Of a stretch of DNA of 16,893 nt, positions 9,454-16,893 are shown one piece after another. The notes under the pieces are model-generated. The model made no database searches, was not told the DNA's origin, and saw only the letters and a list, made by a program, of their open reading frames with translations. How positions within the stretch are numbered: the stretch's first letter is position 1; every line of letters starts with the position of its first letter. Source of the stretch: Octopus sinensis (taxonomy: Eukaryota); contig NW_021824864.1 in the NCBI RefSeq assembly GCF_006345805.1, positions 1-16,893 on the forward strand, written 5' to 3'. The translations under genes were made by a program, and so were the position numbers.

Positions 9454-9572
9454 GTGAAGACTATTGAAAAGGTTGCAAGACGCAACGAAACTTTTAGGAA
9501 AATAAGTAGAAAGTTTACTGGTGAGTGTGTTAAATTATAAGGCACAAAAAAATGACTCTCCCCATCTCAACA
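9454..9572 (+). mobile_element. Short (TA)n-embedded fragment with minimal hammerhead-like motif (9461-9497)
   Basis: CTA-TTGAAAA-G-GTTGC-AAGAC-GCAAC-GAAA-CTTT-TAG; ~120 bp with TA repeats on both sides. Confidence 0.5.
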
Positions 9573-9610
9573 GTATATATCAGTATATCAGTATATATAT
9601 ATATATATAT

Positions 9611-9947
9611 TCGGAGACTCCCTTCGGTCACGACACAGACCATGGGATTGCACCTAGAAAGTTACCCTCCTAGACACAAGTCCGGGCGAGGTTGTTTATG
9701 GAAGACCAGCAGTCGCCCATGCATACCAGCCTCCCCTCTCCACGCTACCAGTGTTATCCAAGGGAAAGACAAAGGTCGATACAGCTTGGCACCAGTGACG
9801 TCGCAACTCATTTCTACAGCTGAGTGAACTAGAGCAACGTGAAATAAAGTGTCTTGCTCAAGAACACAACACGCAGCCCGGTCTGGGAATCGAGCTCACA
9901 ACCTCACGATCGTAAGCTCGACGCTCTAACCACTGAGCCATGCGCCT
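9611..9947 (-). mobile_element. tRNA-derived SINE, family C
   Basis: Reverse complement head AGGCGCATGGCTCAGTGGTTAGAGCG (A-box), GAGCTCGATTCCC (B-box-like), central TTGAGCAAGACACTTTATTTCACGTTGCT; flanked by TA repeats. Confidence 0.85.
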
Positions 9948-9957
9948 ATATATATAG

Positions 9958-10255
9958 ATTAGTGGTTAGGGTATTCAGCTCATGACCGTAGGGCCTCGCG
10001 TTCGATTCCCGGTGGTGCGTTGTCTCAATGAGCAAGACACTTTATTTCACGTTGCTGGCAAAAATGAGTAATACCTGTATTTCAAAGGGCTGGCCTTGTC
10101 ACACACTGTGTCACGCTGAATCTCTCTGAGAAGCATGTGAAGGGATATGCGCGTGTGTGGAGTACTCAGCCACATGCACGTTAATCTCACGAGCAAGCTG
10201 TTTGGTTGATCGTATCAACTGGAAACCTCCTCATCGTAAGAGACAGCGTGCCAGT
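9958..10255 (+). mobile_element. tRNA-derived SINE, family D (5'-clipped; shares central domain with family C, different tail)
   Basis: TAGTGGTTAGGG partial A-box, GTTCGATTCCC B-box, 28-nt block 10029-10056 identical to reverse complement of 9833-9860. Confidence 0.8.
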
Positions 10256-10275
10256 ATAATATATATATATATATG

Positions 10276-10307
<32 letters not shown>

Positions 10308-10580
10308 TGTATGTATGTACGTATGTATGTATGTATATAAAGACGCAAAAATTGCACTGTTACAAAATGAAAAGATGTTCCCGAAATCTATGTGTGCACA
10401 CACCCGCACACACACACACACCACACACAACACACACCACACACACACATACACACACACATAAATATATATATATATATATATATATAAGATATAATAT
10501 ATATATATATATTTGTGTGTGTGTGTGTGTGTGTCTGTGTGTGTTTGTGTGTGTCTGTGTGAGTGAGTGCATGTGAGCAT
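10256..10580. repeat. Compound microsatellite (TA)n, (TATG)n, (CA)n, (GT)n
   Basis: Visible arrays; explain five overlapping low-complexity ORFs. Confidence 0.92.
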
Positions 10581-10621
10581 GTGATTATCAATATGTTTAT
10601 GCGTATCTAAATAATATATGT

Positions 10622-11008
10622 GGAGTGGCTGTGTGGTAAGTAGCTTGTTTACCAACCACATGGTTCCGGGTTCAGTCCCACTGCGTGGCACCTTGGGAAG
10701 TGTCTTCTACTATAGCCTCGGCCGACCAAAGCCTTGTGAGTGGATTTGGAAGACGGAACTGAAAGAAGCCCGTCGTATATATGTATATATATGCGTGTGT
10801 GTGGTTTGTGTGTCTGCGTTTGTCCCCCTAGCATTGCTTGACAACCGATGCGGTGTGTTTATGTCCCCGTCACTTAGCGGTTCGGCAAAGGAGACCGATA
10901 GAATAAGTACTGGGCTTACAAACGAATAAGTCCCGGGGTTAAAAAAGGCGGTGCTCCAGCATGGCCGCAGTCAAATGACTGAAAAAATAAAAGAGTAAAA
11001 GAGTAAAA
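10622..11008 (+). mobile_element. tRNA-derived SINE, family A
   Basis: GGAGTGGCTGTGTGGTAAG head, GGTTCAGTCCC B-box, same body as 4529-4940 with a short deletion near 10940, (GAGTAAAA)n tail. Confidence 0.92.
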
Positions 11009-11101
11009 TATATATATATATATATATAAGTATGTATGTATGTATGTATGTATGTATGTATGTATGTATGTATGTATGTATGTATGTATGTATGTATGTA
11101 T
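11009..11101. repeat. (TA)n/(TATG)n microsatellite at the 5' junction of the Penelope-like element
   Basis: Visible array running directly into the element's coding sequence. Confidence 0.95.
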
Positions 11102-13185
11102 ATACCTATCCCTGCACGGAAACAATATCTCAAAGGTCTTATAGAGAAACGGAAGAGTTTATTAGAAGACTGAGATGGAAAGCCTTCTTCTTTGATAATA
11201 AACAGAAAATAGAAGGAAACAAATATGGATTTAAATCTCCCAGAAACCCGCCACCGATCCGGAATTAGAAGCCTTCGAGAAAGACCTTTTCGAGCTTTTA
11301 GGAAAATTAAATTCCGCAAATATACCAACCAAGTGCAGACAAATATGAGAGAAAATTGAGGAGATTAACGACTCGAATAAGATCTTCGTTAATTCTGACA
11401 AGACAAGGAACTTATATGCACTTGATAAGGACGTTTATAAACGCCTGATTTCGAATAGTGTCACGGACACATACAAAAAAGACAACACGAATATATACAA
11501 AGAGGTGAACTTAGAAGCAAGAGGAATAGCTAACGATCTTAAGATTAGCGATAGGATTGAATACCTTTCACCACGACCAGCTTTTATTACTCTGAAAGAC
11601 CATAAAGCCATTTTAGTAGAAACCCCAAATGTAGATTGATAATCCGGCTAAAACTGAGATAGGATTATTAGCAAAAATATTTTGGACCGTATTTTAGTTA
11701 AGTTAGATAGTGAAGTAGACTTGAGAATTTGGAAGAATAGTAAGTCAGTTATAGAGTGGTTTAAAGGTATTAGCTATAAGAATAATTGTAGTTTCCACAC
11801 AATTCGACATTATTGACTTTTACCCGTCAATATCTAGGACGTTGCTCCTAAGGGCATTGGACTTCGCCAAGCAGTATGTCAACATCGATAGCTCGGAAAA
11901 TGAAATTATTATGCATGCGAGGAAATCGCTTCTTTTTTTTTTCGAGGATTCCACCTGGATTAAGAAGACTGAGGATTCTCTTTTCGATGTACAGATGGGG
12001 CATACGACGGGGCTGAATTATGTATGCTCATAGGAGCCTTTATTCTCCATAATCTAAAAATAGAATTCCCATTTATATGCAGGTTTATATAGGGATGACG
12101 GCCTTATAGCCACGCATAATCTAAACGGCCATGAATCAGATAGACTTAGGAAGGACCTTATAGCTTTCTTTCAAAGGATGGCTTACGGGTTACGATAGAT
12201 GCTAACTGAATAGTGTAGATTTTTTAGACGTAATTTTAATGTAATCGGATAGATTTAAACCTTTCCGTAAGCCCAATGAAAAGCTATCGTATATTAGCAA
12301 AGATTCGAACCATCCACCAGTTATCCTTAGCAACTTAGTCAGCAATGTAGGTAGAAGAATATCTTCAATTTCTTCGGACGAGGCAGCATTCCATAATGCT
12401 GCACCTTATTACGATAGCGCATTAAAGAATAGTGGATTCTCGGAGAAGATCCAGTTCAACCAGCTTAATGCTGATAATAATGCTGTACGAAGAACTAGGA
12501 CCAGGAAAGTTTTGTGGTTCAACCCGGCTTTCATTTGGCCGTAAAGACTAATATAGGTAAGGAATTTTTGAGATTAGTCTCTAAGCATTTAAGCAGGGTC
12601 ATAAATTCTACAGAATTTTAATAGAAGAACCCTGAAGGTTAGCTATTCTTGTTGCAGAAATTTCGCCTCTTACATTAGCCAACGTAATAGGAAGCTAATT
12701 GAGATTAGACATGGTGCCGAGCCCATTAAGAAATGTAATTTCAAAAACGAAAGCTCCTGTCCGTTAGAAGGAAATGTCTAGTGAAAGGAGTAGTTTATAG
12801 AGCCAAGGTGCAAGTGAAAGGCTCATCGGAATACAAGACATACACAGGGGCTTCAGAAAATTCATTTAAAACAAGATTTTATTCTCATAAAAATTCATTT
12901 AAATACCCAGAGAACACGAAGAAACCAGCCTAGCAAAATATGTCTGGGAACTAAAAGAAAAGGAAGCCCACATTTCAACGTGACATGGAGCATTCTGGAC
13001 AGGGCGGCACCATATACAGGCATGGAGCTTACAAAAATAATTTCAAGTGCAGACTTTGTCTATTAGAAAAAATGTACGTCTTATTCAAAGACAATAATTC
13101 TTTGAATCAAAGAAGTGAGTTAATGAACTTATGTAGGCACGCGGCTAAATTTAAAATGTCGAATATAAATATACCATATGGATAG
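11102..13185 (+). pseudogene. Frameshifted reverse transcriptase / GIY-YIG endonuclease ORF (~695 codons) of the Penelope-like element
   Basis: Manual reconstruction across ~20 frameshifts: IPIP..FIRRLRWKAFFF..YGFKS; SDKT (DKT 11397-11405); ITLKDHK..CRLINPAK; FDIIDFYPS (11803-11829); QMGxYDG (~11992-12011); YRDD (12088-12099); DFLD; SNHPP; WFNP; CNFKNESSCPLEGxC (from 12734); GVVY (12787-98)..YTG (12841-49)..FKTR..H; CRLC..E; LN; CRH; stop TAG 13183-85. Confidence 0.9.
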
Positions 13186-13296
13186 AGTATATATTTTGTA
13201 TTTTTGATTTTTGATTTTGACTCTTGAGCGCTACGATCGATTTTGTTTCCAAGCTATGCGGATCTTAATCCGTATAGCAAAGTCTTATGTTTCTAC
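11102..13296 (+). mobile_element. Penelope-like retroelement (C-terminal EN+, Hydra-clade-like), slightly 5'-truncated
   Basis: Single frameshifted RT + GIY-YIG reading frame plus ~110-bp 3' UTR ending in ATATATAT; microsatellite at both junctions; no 5' pseudo-LTR visible. Confidence 0.88.
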
Positions 13297-13353
13297 ATAT
13301 ATATTAGGAAAAACCTACAAACTTTGTTTTCATGTTATTGTATTGCATAGGAT

Positions 13354-13387
13354 TACCTTGATTATTTATATACCTTGATTATTTATA
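13354..13387. repeat. Perfect 17-bp tandem duplication TACCTTGATTATTTATA x2
   Basis: Directly visible. Confidence 0.85.
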
Positions 13388-14220
13388 AATGACCAAAATA
13401 GGATGTTATATTTTATTTTATATGTCTTTCGTATATATATTTTTATTAATGCACCCATTTTTAAAAGCAATGTTTTTTTTAAAAAAAGCAATGTTGTCAA
13501 AATTAGAATGTTTATATAAGTATGTGTATAGCAAAGCATATGTATTTGTAAGCATGCGTATCTGTGTATGTGTAAGTGAAAGTATGTTTGTGCTTAAGCA
13601 CACATATACACGACGTATGTATATTTATCCATTCAAACTTGTGTATGTATACTGGTCTCTATAGATGCCAATAACATCGCTACACTGCTTGTATACATAA
13701 TTTTTTCTTATTTCGTTTTTTTTCCCCCCCACCCCTCCTTCGTTCCTTTTTCTCTCTTTCCCTTTCTTTCGTTCCCCCCCTTGCTCAGTATATGAGAATT
13801 GCTACATAGATGAATTTTAGCTTGCGTGCGAGACGGTTTGCGTGAATATATGTACACATGCTTTATGTGTATATTTTTAGATTCATATTCATACGTCTGT
13901 ATATGTATGTTGGCGTTTACGCGCATCCTTTGTGTATGTTGGATATATATATGTAGATTTTAATATAAATATGTATTGCAGTATTATAACAGGTTTAATT
14001 TCTATGCATTAATTTGCACTGTCTTCATTAACGTCAATAGGTTTTTCCTCGGATTTTATAATTTTTATAAGTTTTATATATATATATACATATATTTTGA
14101 CCTTTTTGTTTATCGCTCGAAGATTGACCGTTTTTTCTAAAGGGCCAATCAACAAGTCCATTTCTTTTTTAAAGGTGTAGCGTTTGTAAGAGTATAGATT
14201 GAATTGATATATCAGTTCCA

Positions 14221-14280
14221 TTCTAGCAAAAACTGTCTGATGAACGGCAACGAGAAACTCAGAGTACAGATTTTGTTGAA
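14221..14280 (+). ncRNA. Imperfect type I hammerhead-like motif
   Basis: Long stem I TTC(T)AGCAAAA(A)CTGT / ACAG(A)TTTTGTTGAA enclosing CTGATGA(14237-43), A-CG-GCAA-CG-A, GAAA(14254-57), ACTC-A-GAGT; the H17 nucleotide appears missing and stem II closes A/A. Confidence 0.5.
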
Positions 14281-14298
14281 TTTCTGCTGCTTAAAATA

Positions 14299-14334
14299 AA
14301 TATATATATATATATATATATAATATATAAATTA

Positions 14335-14378
<44 letters not shown>

Positions 14379-14458
14379 ATATAATATATATATATATATC
14401 GATATATTATATATATATATATTATATATATATATAGATATATATTATATATATATAT
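14299..14458. repeat. (TA)n microsatellite
   Basis: Visible imperfect TA array. Confidence 0.95.
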
Positions 14459-15195
14459 GCGTATCATTGTTCTCGTATGCTTGTAGTGTCCTTGAATGAA
14501 TGTGAGTCTGCAAATGACTGTCATCTGAGAAATAAAGTAAAAACAGCAAAAAGTTTAAAGCAACAATTCTTGAAGGATTATTGAAACTTTACTGATTCAT
14601 ATTGATTTTCCTACTAATTAAACCTAACGTTCGCTTCTGCTGTGCGCAATTCCAAAACAGCGATGAAAAAGCGACGGCTGACATTTCCAGCTAACTGTAT
14701 CTCTTCACATTTATGCCATGTGCAATATATGCTTTCTTTCAATATTGTACTAAACTTGAGTAGAGTTGCTTCGTAATCCAATTAGAACGGTTTTAAACGA
14801 AATCACTGCACGTTTTATAATGATTTGCTTTCGAGAAATATCTGATGAGACACATAATGAGTTGTTTTACGCCATCTTGTCTGAATTATATCATTTTACA
14901 CTGATGAACGGGAATGAGAGAAATTTATGCCATCTTTTCGTCGTTCTGTATGTATGTTGGTTTCTTGCATGGAAATAAAACGGGCCTCTAAAGAGGACGT
15001 TGAAATTACAGTGTGTAATTTTCATGTAGATTTTTTTTTCTTCTTCAGAGATATCGAGGAAGGGCCATCCTTGACCGTCAGGACTCACCTCTCTTCACGG
15101 CACATAACACTTTTCATGAATATTGCATATAGGGGTTAGATAACATTGCAACGGACTTGATTAGAAATGGTTGTTAGTTTAAAGTAGTTGCTGGC

Positions 15196-15225
15196 GTTGT
15201 TACTGTTGTTGTTGTTGTTGTTGTT
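15196..15225. repeat. (GTT)n microsatellite
   Basis: Visible array. Confidence 0.85.
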
Positions 15226-15604
15226 ATTTTCACATCAGCCTTAACTGAGTGGACTAATGAACAAATTCACTCTGCTTGTGACAATCATTTCTCGTTGTTT
15301 TCAGTGTTATTCAATCCTAAATGGGAGTAGTTTTAAGGATATATGCGATATGTAGATTTGATTCTATTTCAACCCTCTCGACCGGACTCGTAACTTAATA
15401 CTAAAATGAATGGCTGCTGAGCTCCATATTATCTCTGATCAGTCATATATGCCTACGACCTAAAACATTATTCGCATGGCTTGCTCACTATATTTTTTAA
15501 GCTCGATCTGTCCAAGAATAATACAACAACCAATGTTTCTCTCCTTTCTATATCAAGTTTTCATAATTTGAGTAAGATTTATCTACCAATTACATAAAGA
15601 GAAT

Positions 15605-15750
15605 GTGCGTTGTCTGGTGTTTAGGGTCTTTGCCTCACAAATATAAGACCAGGGTTCAGATTTTTGATCAAGCAGCGTGTTGTATCCCTGGGAAAGGCAC
15701 TTCATTTCATATTAGTCTAGTATCCTGAACTAAAAATTAGAACATGCTTA
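15605..15750 (+). mobile_element. Heavily decayed tRNA-SINE head (family C/D-like)
   Basis: GTGTTTAGGG, GGGTTCAGATT, then GTGTTGTATCCCTGGGAAAGGCACTTCATTTCA resembling GTGTTGTGTTCTTGAGCAAGACACTTTATTTCA of family C. Confidence 0.5.
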
Positions 15751-16061
15751 GTACTCGAGCAAAATTTTCTCTCTTCTGCTTTCTCTGTTGAATCAAAGGT
15801 TAGGCGTGTCGATAGGGTACCGTCATATGCTTACGACCACATTGCATCTGAAACAAATAACTGAAGGAAGGGGTAACAGAGACCTTCTTGACACATTCAA
15901 AGTGTTTACTTTGAGAATTAATTATTACTGATATGAATATTGTTACATTTTAGAATATTACTCTACAATTAACTACAGGTAAGCATAACTTTTACAGGGA
16001 GTCAAACGAAACAAATGAGTCCTTCTATCATTATTCTGTATTCGTAAAGTATTTAGGGAAT

Positions 16062-16256
16062 AATATTGGTTTCAAATTTTGGTAAAAGGCCAGAAATTAC
16101 GTCGACGCTAGTGTTCAAATGATACTTATTTTATCGACCTGAAAAGATGAAAGGTAAAATCGACATAGGCAGAATTTGAACTCTGATCGTAAAACCGGAC
16201 AAGATTCCTCTAAGGATTTTGCTCGGCGTGCTATCGATTCTGCCAGCTCACCATCT
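16062..16256 (-). mobile_element. tRNA-derived SINE, family B (diverged monomer)
   Basis: TTATCGACCTGAAAAGATGAAAGG, GAATTTGAACTC, CGGCGTGCTA..TCTGCCAGCTC match 500-735; tail (AGGCCAGAAATT) matches the third unit of 6696-7262. Confidence 0.85.
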
Positions 16257-16855
16257 TATTAAAAAGGGACCAGCAAGTGACTTTTCTGTAGTGGCATGCT
16301 GGTTACTATAGAGAATAATATTAGCTGTGGCATTTGAAATGTTTCCTCAAAAAAAAAAGAGTATTTAATCAAGCAGCTACCTATTATCACAGTGCTTTGA
16401 AAAAGAGTGCTATTGCTTGTAAAACCCGAGAAATCATAGAACATTGTGCAATCGTAATATGATCACGTTTTCTTCTCCCAACTACTTGGATGTAGCATAC
16501 AATATTACTAACATTTTCTTAAGTTTTGTAAAGAGATGTAACTAAATTTGTTATTAACATAAATATTACTTACTTCTGTACTGGTAATCTATAAAATTCC
16601 GTGAGAAGAAATTGCAACGGCAACCTTATGTTATTTAAGCAACCCATTTAATAATTGCCAATATTGAAAAAAGCAGCGTTAAATAATGTCATGTAAAATA
16701 TGTGAGTAAAGAGTCATTATATTAAGCTATTATAAAATTGGTAGACTAGGTGCAACGGTGAATAAGTAATACGAAAATATTTTCTAATCCCTTGTTTTCA
16801 TACATACGGACAGACAGGCACACACACATACACAACACACAGAGGCAAACATATA

Positions 16856-16893
16856 TACTTTCTTTGGTTTTTATTCTTTTACATGTTTCTGTC
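16856..16893 (-). mobile_element. Probable tail of another family A SINE cut by the window edge
   Basis: TTCTTTTACATGTTTCTGTC resembles family A reverse tail CTCTTTAACTTGTTTCAGTC. Confidence 0.45.

Noticed and set aside
9870-9947. Functional tRNA gene
   Set aside because: A/B boxes present but the sequence continues into a SINE body, with no clean acceptor stem or T-run terminator.
11102-13185. Selenocysteine (TGA) recoding or programmed frameshifting to explain the broken PLE ORF
   Set aside because: No in-frame TGA in the reconstructed frame, and ~20 scattered indels are too many for programmed frameshifting; decay or sequencing error is simpler.
14842-14935. CTGATGA motifs at ~14842 and ~14901 as hammerhead cores
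   Set aside because: No supporting stems and no correctly placed GAAA/UH.

Overview
AT-rich, microsatellite-dense eukaryotic non-coding DNA with no intact host gene. Nearly all ORFs in the supplied track are translated microsatellites or SINE sequence. The repeat content matches my recollection of octopus/coleoid cephalopod genomes (inference, not checked by search). Main contents: (1) about ten tRNA-derived SINE copies of 3-4 families; (2) a mariner-derived MITE; (3) a near full-length, frameshift-riddled Penelope-like retroelement with RT and C-terminal GIY-YIG endonuclease (11102-13296) showing Hydra-clade features; (4) most notably, a 355-bp terminally redundant non-coding unit (8289-8703) carrying an apparently intact type I hammerhead ribozyme with a compensatory U3:A8 core pair at the tip of a long rod-like fold, i.e. 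a candidate retrozyme/circular-RNA retroelement. Several further short (TA)n-embedded fragments carry more or less degenerate minimal hammerhead motifs. Two weak candidate exons lie near the right end. All structures and translations were derived by eye.
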